64,000 nt of DNA, taken from NCBI RefSeq assembly GCF_009914755.1, contig NC_060928.1. One strand, given 5' to 3'. A model generated the notes under the pieces. It saw only the letters and a list, made by a program, of their open reading frames with translations. It did no database searches and was not told the DNA's origin. This DNA comes from the human T2T-CHM13v2.0 reference genome, Homo sapiens. This document shows positions 45,865 through 62,656 of the stretch, piece after piece (within the stretch, counting starts at the first letter, position 1; each line of letters begins with the position of its first letter). The position numbers were made by a program, and so were the translations under genes.

Positions 45865-46984
45865 GAATGAATGAAAAATTACTGCTTAGAAAATTTTTAT
45901 CACGTTTCTAAAATAGAGAAGATGACTTAGAGTGAAATAAAGTCATTGTTTTTAGTATAGCCCATTTTAATAAAAATATTTCTTAATCAAGACAGTTTGT
46001 GTCATAATTTCTAAAAAAACATGCCAGTGCAAGTAACTCAAAAGTAATGTAGGTTTTCAGGATTTACTAAATTTTCACTATAGTGAGTAGTATGAGTATC
46101 CTAGCATAATTTCCTGTCCTAGAGGAATTTTCAATCTAATAGTAGAACTATACAAGTAGGGTTCTATGTACCTAGAACTATAAAACTAACAAAATGAAAA
46201 ATACAGAAAAAATAAAACTGTATAAAATTCTACAAAAATAATCTCATAAATAGATTACAAACTTATTGATGAAGTTTAATTTTGGGATTTAACCACTTGG
46301 TGTAGAGTTCAAACTGCTTGACTCACACATAGGACAGGTTGATTACATTCATATAAGCCCTTATATTTTATGAAATCTTGTAATGAATTATAATTAACCT
46401 GGAACAAAAGAGGTGTATCTAGTGGATAGATGTGTGTGTAAGTGGTGAATAGGCACAGAGTTACAATGTCATTGCAACCTGGAGAGTCATACTGGGAGCA
46501 AAGACCATGTATATGAATAGGTATGACTACATGTTAAAGTAATAAATTCATGGATTAAGGTAGAAGTTAGGTGTGTAACATTTATGAAATATAGTTTGGA
46601 GTTTTCATTAAATAGAATAGTTTTTAGCTCTTTTGTTTCTCTTCAAATATTAGAAATATTTCTAATTATCCAAGTACTGCATGAATTGCCTTTGAAATAT
46701 TGCACACATGCACCTGAACAGTTACTTTTTTGCTCAGATATTTTTTTTTTCAGATCATGTGTACATAATGTATGTTCACAAAACATATTTAGTATTTAGG
46801 TACATTCCTGTTAGATCTTGCATCTGTGGAACTTCATCGTGGAAACTAATTTATCAAAGTAGCACATTCACATTAGTTTCATATTCTTTTTAATTTTCAA
46901 TTTTATTGGGACCAAGTAATAATTATGAAGGTAGTGATAAATGATTAAACTTTAAATACTTTTTCTAAGCTCTCAGTTTTCTTA

Positions 46985-47808
46985 TTTGTTTTTCTTTTTT
47001 TTACTATAAGTTTTAGGGTACATGTGCACAACATGCAGGTTTGTTACATATGTATACATGTGCCATGTTGGTGTGCTGTACCCATTAACTCGTCATTTAA
47101 CAATAGGTATATCTCCTAATGCTATCCCTCCCCGCTACCCCCATCCCACAACAGGCCCCAGTGTGTGATGTTCCCCTTCCTGTGTCCATGTGTTCTCAGT
47201 GTTCAGTTCCCACCTATGAGTGAGAACATGCGGTGTTTGGTTTTTTGTCCTTGCCATAGTTTGCTGAGAATGATGGTTTCCAGCTTCATCCATGTTCCTA
47301 CAAAGGACATGAACTCATCGTTTTTTATGGCTGCATAGTATTCCATGGTGTATATGTGCCACATTTTCTTAATCCCGTCTATCATTGTTGGACATTTGGG
47401 TTGGTTCCAAGTCTTTGCTATTGTGAATAGTGCCGCAGTAAACATACGTGTGCATGTGTCTTTATAGCAGCATGATTTATAATCCTTTGGGTATATACCC
47501 AGTAATGGGATTGCTGGGTCAAGTGGTATTTCTAGTTCTAGATCCCTGAGGAATCACCACACTGACTTCCACAATGGTTGAACTGGTTTACCGTCCCACC
47601 AACAGTGTAAAAGTGTTCCTGTTTCTTCACATCCTCTCGAGCACCTGTTGTTTCCTGACTTTTTAATGATCGCCATTCTAACTGGTGTGAGATGGTATCT
47701 CATTGTGGTTTTGATTTGCATTTCTCTTAAGGCCTAGTGATGATGAGCATTTTTTCATGTGTCTGTTGGCTGCATAAATGTCTTCTTTTGAGAAGTGTCT
47801 GTTTATAT
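46985..47808 (-). mobile_element. 5'-truncated young L1PA (PA3-5-like) 3' end
   Basis: T tail, AAGTTTTAGGGTACATGTGCAC terminus, ORF2 C-terminal fragment [18 protein letters not shown]. Confidence 0.93.
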
Positions 47809-50800
47809 CTTAACAGCAAGCATCTGTAGCCGCAGCAGCAGTGAAGAGAAGCATGATTTTTTTTCATATCATTAGAAGTCAGTGAAATGGGGAATAACTG
47901 GAGAATTTGATTATAATACAGTAGTCCCCCTTTATCCACAGGGATATGTTCCAAGATCAAGAGGCATGATTTTTGTGCTTAAACTTTTTTAGCTTGCTAA
48001 GAAGTAAGATAATTTGAATGGTGACTGAATATGTGATAATTATACAAGGTAGCCCTTTTTTTACTGTAGATACGTCACCTACCCATGAAAATGGGACAAC
48101 TTATTTAATTCTCAGCAATCACAAAATTCTAAAATCTTTTGGAATAAATTTAACATTAAAGAATCTATATAAAAATAGAAACTTTCATGTTTATCAAGGT
48201 ATAAACAAAATGTGGGAGCCTAGAAAAGGAAGGTTCCTCTGACTGCAGGAATACAGAAAGCTTCATGCAAGACTTGGCATATTAGTTGACTTCGCCAAGT
48301 AAGTAGCCATGCTAGATGTGGAAAATGCACAGAAAGGAATTTTAGAAAAGAATTTAATTCTCACAATTGTGAAAATGAAAGTGTGCTTGGGAAAAAGCCA
48401 ATAATGTGGTGGGACTGACACACATGATGTTGTGTGAGAAAGTAATGGGAGATGGCATAATGTGAGTTGTAAAAGTTTCTGATCGGTTTAGGACCAGCTC
48501 TGGTAAACAAAAAAAAAAAAAAAAAAAAAGAAAGAAAAGTAGGAAACTGAAAATACAACATAGTAAAACTGAAAATATTATAATTTTTAAACACAGTCCT
48601 TTCCACTTGACATGCTAACAGAAACTACTATTCCTACTTCATTAGAGAAGCTTTTAAAAATAGCTTCATTCTGTCAGATACTAAACCCTTTAGATAAGTA
48701 AAACATAATATTCAAGAGAGATTGCTATTATTTCCAGCTGCTAAGCCAGGTGCCCCAAATTGACTTAATGCCATTCATTTTGAGATAAACTTGAAATTCT
48801 TCCATTCATGCATTGGCTGTATTCTAGGTACTTGAAAACCACATTAGCACAGAAATATTTTTTTTTTTGGATTTGATGTGGATAGTGATGCTTTCAAAGT
48901 AAAGCTTTGTTACTAGATAGTTATGTGAAAATAATAGATACAGAAAAAAATTGAGTGACATTTGAAGTGAGGTAAAAATGTCTTGAACTTTTACAAGCTC
49001 AGTTAGCAGTTCTTGTGTACTTGTCTCCTGTCGGTTTTATCATCAGCAATGGTATAATTGTCCAAAGATAACAAACACATATCTATCTATATACCCATGT
49101 ATCTACTTACTGGCATATAGTAAAGTGATAGAATTGATTAACATTTAAAAGTATGAAGTTTTAGATCCAATAACCTTGAAAATAAAGCTACCATTTCTGA
49201 ATAATATTGTGAGGAAGATAAACTGAAAAATGCCACCACAAATAACATAAAGAATTTCATGACTTCCTAGTTTAACATGACACTGTCTTGAGATTTGTTC
49301 TTTGGGACAGTCCTTTCTTCACAGTCAAGTGTATTCTTTGTTGTTGGTGATGATCTTAAGTACTTTTATGGTCAAATTATTTAAATATTAAAACAGCATC
49401 ACTTTCCTCATTAGTTTTTCTTAGATTGATGTTAAGAAAGGAACTGATAGCTAAAAATTTAGGTCTTATGAAAACTCTTCCATTGCAGCAAGTACTTACA
49501 GACCAGTAAATAATTTGTTTCTGGTTTATAGAAGAGAGGTTGGAGCATAAAGAGCCTCTGGTGCCTAAGATAAAAGAAAAAAAAGGCTTGGCAAAGTTTG
49601 AAGGTTTTAGTGGGAAAGTATAGCTGTTTGTCTTTAACAGAGACTTTTGAGAAATGCGAGGAATGATAGTTAGCTGTTCACGGTTACCAGAAGTTGCATC
49701 AGGTTTTATCCAAATGTATCAAGGCCTAAAATGTGGTAATTCTTTATATTGATAGGGACATAAAGCAAGTGGTCTGTCCAGCTGAATAAAAGAAGGGAGG
49801 ACAGAAGGAAAGAGCATACCATCCTAATATTCTGAAGGGCATGCATATATTATTCAGGAAGAGAAGAGGCTCTGTGCACAACTGGGGTCACACTAATATT
49901 AAAGGGGCAGATAGAGAAGGAAGATCTATTGAAGAAGACCAAAAACAAGTGTTTAGACTGATGTTTCTAAGTTAAGAGGTGTTTCAGAAATGGAAAAACT
50001 GTCTATTGCTACAGAGATATCAAACAAGAGGATTGAGAAAAATTCATTGGCTTTGTCAAGATATCATTTAAAACCTTTGACAGAGTAATTTTGATAGGCT
50101 TTTAGAGGACTTGGTTAGATCAGGTTTTAAGGAGCGATTGAGTGGGTAAGAAGTGGGAGACTCAGAATTTTAATGACCAAGTCAACTTTGCTTTAACCCT
50201 TTGAAGATGTCACATATTTCACAAGACGAACTAGACCATATGTTGATATATAGGAAAGAAATTGTTTTAAGAAAAAATTTTATTTTATTTGTTAATACTT
50301 CTCCATTTCTATCTCTACTTACTGCCTCATTACCAGCCAGAGGCTGACAAATTTTCATTAGAACAATTTCAGTGCTTTTAAGGAAATGTAAAATACAGCT
50401 CTCTGGAATTACACAAAAAGTAATTTGGATGCTAAGGATTTACTACTGAAATTTACTGTCATGGTTTGAAGGAGTACAAAAATAATATCCTCTGTTTCTT
50501 ACCCAAGCTTAGAACCACTGGAGATATAAGCATATGAGTCGTCTGCTAGAATTTAAAATATCTGCTTTAAAATTAATAAAGTCTAGAGTTAAGGCCTCTA
50601 TTTGTAGAGTCACAATGGGATTACTAGTAATTTACTGCTGAATTATACATATTTACTCATTTTGTCACTGTACACCTGGACAGCCACAGGTGTAGAACAG
50701 AAAATTCTTGTTGTTTCTAAAATAACAGGAATGCAGAAGGGGTTGAGCCATACATGTCCAGTAGTCCTCAGCCTTAATCAGATAAATCAGATAAATCTTT

Positions 50801-51069
50801 CCTCTTCTGGAAAATGGAAGCTTTCATATTGTTTCGGCTTAGCAGGGCAACTAACCTTTAAGGAACTGCCAGGTGTCCAGTTTTAGTATATCAGTGAATA
50901 TCCGCAATTATCTGAAAAGGCTGTTAAAATACTCACGTGTTTTCCAACTACGTATATATTGAGACTAAATTTTCTTCATCTATTCAAACCAAAACAGCAT
51001 ATTAACCAAGATTGAATACAGAAGAAGATACGAGAGTCCAGTCATCTTCTGTTGAACCACATTATGGAG

Positions 51070-51403
<334 letters not shown>

Positions 51404-51414
51404 TAAAACAATGC

Positions 51415-51531
51415 CTTATGTAAGTGATAGGTTGATGGGTGCAGCAAACCACCATGGCACATGTTTATGTAACAAAACTGTATGTTCTGCAGATGTAAGC
51501 CAGAACTTAAAGTATAATAAAAGAAAAAAAA
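51415..51531 (+). mobile_element. ~115 bp severely 5'-truncated L1PA 3' end
   Basis: GGTGCAGCAAACCACCATGGCAC...AGAACTTAAAGTATAATAAA plus A tail; TSD AAAACAATGC at 51405-51414 and 51532-51541. Confidence 0.88.
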
Positions 51532-52361
51532 AAAACAATGCTATTCTTCTTGCTAAATTTTTTTGTTAGGAAATAATTTTTTTCATTAAAATGCTAATTA
51601 TGTTAATGTGCAGTAGGTTTATAATTGTTACATTTAAGTAAATTACTAAATAATTTTAAAAAGTCTCAGTTTTGATTTTGTAGTATGTTAAATGTCTATA
51701 GCAATAATATAAACAAAAGCTCTTTGGGATTCTCAATAACTTTTAATAGTGTAAAGAGGTTTTGAGAATCTGTGATCTAGAGGAATTCACATATAATTTA
51801 GGAAGAAAGCATAGCTTTATAATCCAAAATATGCATGTTAGGGCTTAAAGCAGTACTTTGATGTGAAGTATTTTTGAAATGACAGTGTAAGTTTTGTAGT
51901 TATCACACTTTGTATTATTTGGAATCATATTATTTTGAAATTTTTCTAAACCTTCATTTTTTATGTCTTTAATGTACAACAGAGGAAGTGAACAATGAAA
52001 TAAAATGTTTGTAAAACTATATAATTTTTTATGAACATTTAATTTTTCTAAGCCATAGATGCTTTCCTGAACAAGCTCAATAAGTTATAAGAATATGGAA
52101 AAAAGATGTTCTTTGATAATATTTGGAATATTCCTGGTATCTTACACATAGCAGAATGAATATTTCATATCTGAGTTAAGTGAACAAAGTGCATTTAAAA
52201 TTTTTTTAATAGTACAGTCTAATGCCATTTTGGAATGTACGTGGAGGTTAATTTGCTATTATAGGAAGCTCTCCAGTTTAGTGGTAACTGTTTATCCTTT
52301 TGTCATGTAACATATGGTGGTCATAAGGTTGAGTTTCTGATTTTTTTTTTTCTTTAAGCAG

Positions 52362-52469
52362 ATAATCTCAGTGATACCTTGAAGAAGCTGAAGATAACAG
52401 CTGTTGACAAGACTGAGGATAGTTTAGAAGGATGCTTGGATTGTCTGCTTCAAGCCCTGGCTCAAAATA
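52362..52469 (+). CDS. RAP1GDS1: RAP1GDS1 (SmgGDS, ARM-repeat GTPase chaperone/GEF) coding exon 2; alternative start at 52359
   Basis: T-tract + AAGCAG acceptor, donor GTAAGT at 52470; encodes (D)NLSDTLKKLKITAVDKTEDSLEGCLDCLLQALAQN, the recognised SmgGDS N-terminus. Confidence 0.97.
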
Positions 52470-53555
52470 GTAAGTTTCATTATGTTTACTCAAATTCCAA
52501 AGAAGAAAATCAAATCAGTAGTCATTCAGAAACTGGTATGTAGTTAAGCACATAACTTTGTATTCATATAACTTGAATTCTTTTGAATCATATCCCTGAA
52601 TACTGAGATTGTTTTACATGTTCTACCCTCCTACTTCCCTCCACGCCCCCGCAAGATCCTCAAAGCCAAGCTGATAGGCAAAGAAAGGAGGAATTGATGG
52701 GTGGTGATGACATTAATACCAGTCCCAGAGAGAGGCCATTGTTTCATTTCTAACAGTCAAGCATCGTAGTTGTTTTTCTTAGCACCTACATCTGTGCTTT
52801 AAAAATAGATTGTTTTATATGTGGGGAGAGTGGGGAGGGAGAGAGAGGAGAAACAGAGGGGGAGCTTAAAACACTTAACATTTTTTTGGAATCTTATCAT
52901 ATTTTAAAATAATTGTACCTTAAAATAATATGTATGCATAGATAAATTTGGAAGGAACCATTAGAAGTCATCAAAAATCTTTTGAAATTGGGGTAGGATT
53001 TTATCTTTGATGTGATAAATAATGCTAGAGATAGAAACTGCACAGTTCTTCATTGACCATTGTGTTGCATTTTATTTATCCTATTTCTAGTCACTAATTT
53101 CTGTATTATCACCATTAATAGATCAGTATAGAGTGATTTTCATTTGTTATCTTAATTCTGCTTGGTTGTGCTGTGGTTTTTTCTGTACTTGTTTTTAATT
53201 ATGCTCTTGTCCTATCCTGAAACTAATTATGTAGCTGACAAAGAATGGAGGGGAACGTATATATTGTTAAGGTTTTAATTGTAAGGTTTCAACACTTATT
53301 GATATATGTTTTTTTTATTTTTTAGTAAACCTTGATTAGAAAAATCTAAAATAATTGATTGCAGTACTTTTCATCAAAAAAGCACATTTTAGAGCTAGCT
53401 TTTAAAATTATTTTTCAGTAATTATTTTAGATTACAACTGTCATGCTGTTTAATCATAGAGATAACAGGAAGAGATTTGAAACAAGGAGTTCAATAAGAG
53501 CATCCAGATAAGGCTCAAAATGGTAAAGAAAAAGGACAGGAAAGGAGAACGTCTA

Positions 53556-53742
53556 AGCCTGCTATCCATTTTAGTGGACACATGTGGCTATTTAAATTTA
53601 ATACAAGTAAATAAAATGTAAAAGGAAGTTCCTTAGTCTCACTTCTCAGTAGTTATATTTGGCAGATGACCACTCTCTTGGGGATCACAGATATAAAATA
53701 TTCCCATGATCACAGAAAATTCTTATGGATAGCACTGGTCTA
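53556..53742. mobile_element. MER3-like hAT MITE
   Basis: CACATGTGGCTATTTAAATTT...GGATAGCACTGGTCTAGA. Confidence 0.65.
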
Positions 53743-54981
53743 GAAACTAGGAAGAACCACACGATGACCTGATTTTTTTTTACATGTGCCTGTATAGGCA
53801 GCTTTACACAGTAACATAATTAACCTAAGTAAATTGAGTATCTCAGGTATATTTTTTTGAACAGTTGTTTTATTATAACCTTCGTCTGTTTTCAGCAACA
53901 CTTTTTTTCTCTGTTAGACAGTAAACTTTTAAATAGACCATTTGCTTTAGATACTGAAGGACATGAAGGGTCATATTCTTGGTCATCTGTAGAGGTTGCC
54001 CATTTGTCTCCTAGGAAGACTGGAAGACAAAGAGATGAAGTTGAAGGGAAATGAAGAAAAAAGGGAGTAAAAAGTGTATAGCTTTTAAAAGAACAGATTT
54101 AAGAAACACTGAGAAGTTCATAATTATTAGATTAAATTAGCTTACATTAGAATAAGCCCATTGCGGACTTATTCACTGTACCTTTTGTTGAAAATGGTCT
54201 TGTGAAATTGTGTATCACAAAATGTTAAGGCCACGTAACCACAAGGTATTAAAACAATAAACTCTCACCAATTTAACTAATGATGCCCCAGGAAGGGAAC
54301 AAAAGGAATGTCTTGTTAACAATCTGAAACAAAATTTATAAATGCCCTCAAGCCTAAGACTACTGACAAAGAAGAATTGGAAAAAGGAGTTCATGCAGAT
54401 GTTCAGTCTTTGACACCTGTCATTGGATCACTTACTGTATGTTTAGCACTGGGCTGGGGATTATAGCCACTATCTAATCTTTCCTATAGTCCCATGAGGT
54501 AGGTATTATTATCACCATTTAAAGGATGAGGTAACAGATTAATAAGCTTATTTGCCTTGCTCTGGAAGAAGCCAGAGTTTGGATTTGAACTCTTGATTTA
54601 CAAAATAAAAAATTGTAATCTGAATAAAGTGAAGCTTTTTGCTGAGTTCATGTAATGTGAAATCATTCCAAGAAGCTAGGTTTTAACATTGTGTTTTAAA
54701 TTTTTGTTTTTTCTTTAATAAAAATAGCTCTAAATTTTTATTAAAGTGGATAAGCCTGTTTTTCTTGAACTATAAAGTGATATATGTATTTTATAGGCAT
54801 TTATTGATACACTTTATAAAGTCAGCATATGCCTTTTTAACAAGAAAAAGTAAAATATATTAGTGAGATGTTAATTTTCTACAGTTCTTCCTTGAATAAG
54901 GTGATTGAGCCATTGCTACTTCTGTCCTCCTAAATGTAAAATTATAAAACATTTAACTTAGAAGAATCTGTACTTGCTTTT

Positions 54982-54983
<2 letters not shown>

Positions 54984-55014
<31 letters not shown>
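54984..55014. repeat. (AAC)n microsatellite, ~10 units
   Basis: Direct reading. Confidence 0.95.
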
Positions 55015-55015
<1 letters not shown>

Positions 55016-57868
55016 AAACACAGAGAGCTTCTCGTTTCATAATTCTTCCTTAGTGTCAGGTGTTTTAACTAAAAATAACAACTGTACCATAATTGCACCT
55101 GATCAGGAAAGAAAGATTTCTCCATTCTGTACAAATATAAGATGGTAATGTATGTAATGGAAATATAAACAAAATTTTATTTTACAGTCTATTACCCTGT
55201 TACTGGAAAGGTTATCTCTGAAAGGAACAAAATAATGCTTTTGAAATTTTTACACTGTGTGATTTAGTGCATTTGAATTGCATATTACAAATGACTGTAA
55301 TCTGAAATTAGAATTTTTACTTTGATGTATGGCTTTAGAGTGGTTTTCTTTTTTTACCATTGGCAGTATTTCTCTCTGTAACGTTTATACTATATGTGTC
55401 TATCTTAAGAGACAAGAAGATTTGAATACTTACTAGATTTTATGAAAACATTTTGTTTAAGCAAGCATTTTGTGTAAATCTATGATCTAAATTAATATAA
55501 AGTCATTCATTCACTCATATAAATACATCAGATCTCAGTTTTAAAATGTTTTTAGTAAATGTGTGAAGGCTACCAGCCAAGAAATCAGCTTCTGTTTATT
55601 TTGGTCTCTTTTGATTCAGATTATAGTTAGAAGATTCTCAGTAAATGCTTATTTGATTGTAGTATGGTTACTCTATTTTATGGTTATTTGGAAATGTAAA
55701 ACAATAGGCCACCTATTTTCATCCCCAAACATTAAGACAGGAATTGTCTTTGGAGAATGTGGCATCTAAATCACCTTGCAAGAGAAACTATTAGTTTAAA
55801 TTAAAGTCCCAAAGGCAAGAAAAATTAACATTCTATTTGTAATAAAAATTCTATCCATTTTATTCCATTTTGAGGATGAAGACCATTTTGTGTTGCCGGG
55901 GGGACCATAAAGTGTGCCATACAGCTTTAAACTCTCTCCCTGAAGAAGTAAGCTGTCTTCCCCTGCCTCGTTCTCTTTTTTTTTTTTTTGTATTTAACTT
56001 AGTTTCTTGCTTGATGGCAATTCCCATTTCATACGAGAGTCACGTAATTGTTTATTTTTTATAGAACAACTCTGTGAGATACTGCGTGTTTACTTGTCTT
56101 TAAAGAAAAAAAGCATTTAATGTCTAGTTCCACATCTCTAATCTTCTATGATAATATTCACTCACATGTTGAATTCTTGCTTTATTTTCTAGCCCTAAGG
56201 TAATTTGCTAGCCCTTGTTCTTTATTTCATTTGTTGTATTGATTTTTGGCTCCCTTCTAGGCTACAATGCTAAGCATACGTAATTATAGGCAAACTTCAT
56301 TTTATTGTGCTTTACTTTATTGAGCTTCACAAATACTGTATTTTTTACAAATTGAAGGTTTATGGCAACCCTAAGTTGAGCAAGTCTTTCAGTGCCATTT
56401 TTCCAACACCTTGTGCTTACTTTGTGTATCTGTGTCACATTATGGTAATTCTTGCAACATTTCAGACATTATTATTATATCTACTTTGGTAATCTGTGTC
56501 AATGATCTTTGATGTTACTATTGTGATTGTTTTGGGGTGCCGTGAACCATGCCCATGTATGATGGTAAACTTAATTGATAAATATTGTGTCTGTCTGACT
56601 GCCCCACCAACTAGCTATGCCGTACCCCCTACTCCCCATCTCTATTCCTCTCCTCAGGCCTCCCTATTGCATGAGACACAATGTTTAATTTAGACCAATT
56701 AATAATCCTACAGTGGCCTGTAAGTGTTCCAGTGAAAGGAAGAGTCACATCTCTCTCACTTTATATCACAAGCTAGAAATGATTAAGCTTATTGAGGAAA
56801 GCATGTCGAAAGCGGAGGCAGGTTGAAAGCAAAGATAGGCCAAAAGCTAGGCTTCTTGAGCCAGTTAGCCAAGTTGTGAATGCAAAGGAAAAGTTCTTGA
56901 AGGAAATTAAAAGTTCTACTCCACTGAAAACATGAATGATAAGAAGTCTAAACAGCCTTATTACTGATAGGAAGAAACTTTGAGCGCTCTGGTTAGAGGA
57001 TCATACTAGCCACAACATTCCCATGTCCTAATCCAGAGCAGGGCTCTGATTGTCTTCAGTTCTGAGAAGGCCGAGAGGTGAGGAGACTGCATTAAGAAAA
57101 GTTGGACACTAGCAGAGGTTGGTTCATGAGGTTTAAGGAAAGAAGTCATCTTCACAACACTGAAAGTGAAAGATGAAGCAGCAGCTGCTGATGGAGAAGC
57201 TGAAGCAAGTTACCCACAAGATCTAGCTAAAATCATTGATGAAGGAGGAGGCTGTGCTAAACAACAGATTTTCAGTATAGATGAAACAGCTTGGTATTGG
57301 AAGAGATGCCACCTAGGACTTTTATAACTAGGGTGGAGAGGTCAATGCCTGGCTTCAAAGGACAGGCTGACTCTCTTATTAGGGGCTAATGCAGCTGGTG
57401 ACTTTAAGTTGAAGCCAGCATTCATTTACCATTCTGAAAATCCTGGGGCCCTTCAGAATGATGCTAAATTTCTCTGCCTGTTCTCTGAAAATGGAAAACA
57501 AAGTCTGGATGACAGCACATCTATTTACAGCATGGTTTACTGAATGTTTTAAGCCCACTGTTGAGACATACTGCTCAGAAAAAAAAGATCCCTTTCAAAA
57601 TATTACTGCTCATTGACAATGCACCTGGTCACCCAAGAGCTCTGACGTACATGGAGATAAATGTTATTTTTGTGCCTGTTAACACAACATCCGTGGATGA
57701 AGGAATAATTTCGAAGCCTTATTATACATTTCATAAGGCTATAGCTGCCATAGATAGTGATTTCTTTGGTGGATTTGGGCAAACTAAATTGAAAACCTGG
57801 AAAGGATTTACCATTCTAGATGCCATTAAGAATATTCATGATTCATGGGAGAAGGTCAAAATATCAAC

Positions 57869-58353
57869 TTTTTTTTTATTATACTTTAAGTTCTAGGGTA
57901 CATGTGCACAACATGCAGGTTTGTTACATAGGTATACATGTGCCATGTTGGTTTGCTGCACCCATTAACTTGTCATTTACATTAGGTATTTCTCCTAATG
58001 CTATCCTTTCCCCAGCCCCCTACCCTACGACAGGCCCTGGTGTGTGATGTTCCCCCCGCTGTGTCCAAGTGTTCTCATTGTTCAATTCCCACCTATGAGT
58101 GAGAACATGCAGTGTTTGGTTTTCTGTCCTTGTGATAGTTTGCTCAGAATGATGGTTTCTAGCTTCTTCTGTATCCCTGCAAAGGAGATGAACTCATCCT
58201 TTTTTATGTCTGCATAGTATTCTATGGTGTATATGTGCCACATTTTCTTTATCTAGTCTATCATTGATGGACATTCAGATTGGTTCCAAGTCTTTGCTAT
58301 TGTGAACAGTGCTGCAATAAACATACGTGTGCATGTGTCTTTATAGTAGCATG
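57869..58353 (-). mobile_element. 5'-truncated L1PA 3' end inside Tigger1
   Basis: T tail + TTATTATACTTTAAGTTCTAGGG; TSD AAAATATCAAC at 57858-57868 and 58354-58364. Confidence 0.93.
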
Positions 58354-58559
58354 AAAATATCAACATTAACAGGAATTTGGAACAAGTTAATTCCCTCTAT
58401 TATGGATGACTTTGAGTAGTTCAAAACCAGTGGATGAAGTAACTGTAGATGTGGTAGAAATAGCAGGAAAACTAGAATTAGAAGTGGCACTTCAAGATGT
58501 GACCGAATTGCTATAATCTCACGATAAAACTTGGGCAGATGAGGAGTCACTTCTTATAG

Positions 58560-58875
<316 letters not shown>

Positions 58876-59359
58876 TCGAAAGTGGTTTTTTGAGATGGAA
58901 TCTACTCCTGGTGAAGATGCTGTGAACATTGAAATGACACAAAGAATTTAGAATATTACATAAACGTAGTTGATAAAACATTGACAGGGTTTGAAAGAAT
59001 TGACTCCAGGTTTTAAAGAAGTTCTATAGGTGAAATGCTATCGAACAGCATTGCATGCTACGGGTATCTTTTGTGAAAGGAAGAGTCAATCAGGATGATA
59101 AACTTTGTCTTATTTTAAGAAGTTGACATAGCCACCTAACCTTCAGCAACCAGCACCCTGATTAGGTGGTGGTTAGTCAGCAACATTCAGCATTGAGGAA
59201 AGATCATCCAGCAGCAAAAAGTTATGACTTACTGAAGGCTCAGATGATCGCTAGCATCTTTTAGCAATAAAATATTTTTTAAAGCAAGCTGTGTACATTG
59301 TTTCTTTAGACATAATGCTCTTGCACACTCAGTAGACTACAGTATAGTGTAGACAGAAC

Positions 59360-59657
<298 letters not shown>

Positions 59658-60999
59658 TGTAGACATAACATTTATATCTATTGGGAAACCAAAAAACAAA
59701 AAACAAACAAACAAAAAAAACTGGTGTGATTTGCTTTATAGTCACTTTATTGAAGTGATTTGGAACCAAACTCACAATATCTCTGAGGTATGCCTTTATG
59801 TACAGAAGGTGTTAATCTAGATTACTCCATGAGTCTTGTCTAGCAGTAAAAACTTTTGTTGTCATTTGCTTTAGTCAGCTTTATGCATTTACTATTTTTG
59901 AACAGACTTACTTTCAGGTAGCAAAGTTACTTCCTAAGTAAGAGAGTTCTTATTATCAACTGTTTTTTTTTTCCTGTATTTGCAATCTCTGAACATACTC
60001 CTGCTGTTTTAGTAGAGATGAAAAATTATTATTTTATTCTTTCATAGTAGTATCTTGAAGAGATTTTTACCTTTTTATCTAGTGTTATCAAATGTTCCAC
60101 AGAAGTGATGTATTTCTTTTGCGAACTGAATTCATTATTATTATTTTTTTTTACCTTCTTTACTTTTTTTCATATTGTATACCTCTTTTAGTGATTGTGT
60201 TCATTGTCCATGAGGGCTTAGCACTGGTGCTCCTTATGAAGTAGTGAAGATTCAGTTTTTACCAAATAAAGACAGCATTTGGAGAATATAGGAGATTCTC
60301 AACTAAAGTGTCAACTAAAAAGACATTGACAATTCCTGATGGGTTGAGACTCCTGGATTGCCATAGGATGGTGGTGGCCTCCTAAATCTGTATCTTTCCA
60401 TGCATTCTCTAAAAGTCCACACAGATCCACAAAGAGATAAAACCAACTAACAATATTCTTTGTCTCCAGCATAACTAGGAGACAGACTTCAAATTATTAC
60501 AGAGATAAATAAATATCCAAATCTAGCCTACTCAGCTTCAGAGACCACTGCAGGGAGAGTTAAGACTCCAGAGACCACATGGACAAGAGGAGAGGGAAAT
60601 GGGGAACCAGGAGCCCAAGGGTAATAGCACACAATGAAAATTACCTTTAGAAAGAAAAAAATTCCTACCCTAGTAGGAAAATAGTGCGATCTGGTCTTAG
60701 ATTAGATTCTAACATTGGCTACTTAAAAGTGCATGGACTCCAGGTGACAGGTCAGGAAAGCACCACTTTGGGGATGGAGTTGTTCACCTTTATATACTTG
60801 GTGATGAAAAGAAAGAAGCAAGAGGGAGAAATGAAGTGTTCTGTAGAAATAAGGAAACCACAAAATCAGAAGACATACTAATTACCCCACTTTGGTCTCA
60901 GTTCAGAAGAGGGAGCATTTGAACTAAAAATCCTGGATATTTATCCCAAATTGTTGCCCTTACTGCATTCAATTTTTATTACTAGTCAAGGAAAATAAA

Positions 61000-62225
<1,226 letters not shown>

Positions 62226-62230
62226 AAACT

Positions 62231-62430
62231 TGCACTGTTTAATACAGTAGTCACTCTTCAACATGGCTGTTGAGCATTTGAAATGAAGCTAGTCTAAATT
62301 GAGATGTGTTGTACATCTAAAAAACATACAAAATTTCAAAGACTTAGTACAAATTAAAAAATGTAAAATAGTCATTAATAGTTTTAGAAATATTGATTAT
62401 ATATTAAATCTTATTTTAAAAATTTTGTGA
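62231..62430. mobile_element. MER33-like hAT MITE fragment
   Basis: CATGGCTGTTGAGCATTTGAAATG...TTTCAAAGACTTAGTAC. Confidence 0.65.
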
Positions 62431-62579
62431 AATATTTACAAATGCTTTGTTTCTGCTGAAGCTTTATAGGCCAGCATTTCTTGGATTGTGGGTAGTAGCT
62501 GATCAAAGTGCTTATAAGACTTGGGCCAGTCAGTGTGATATGATGGAAAATGCAGGTTAGAAGAAAATAATAAGTAAAT

Positions 62580-62629
62580 TAATAATAATATAATATAATA
62601 TAATATAATATAATATAATATAATATAAT
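62580..62629. repeat. (TAATA)n pentanucleotide microsatellite
   Basis: Direct reading, ~9 units. Confidence 0.93.
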
Positions 62630-62656
62630 TGGGGTATTCAGTATAGGAAGAGAACT

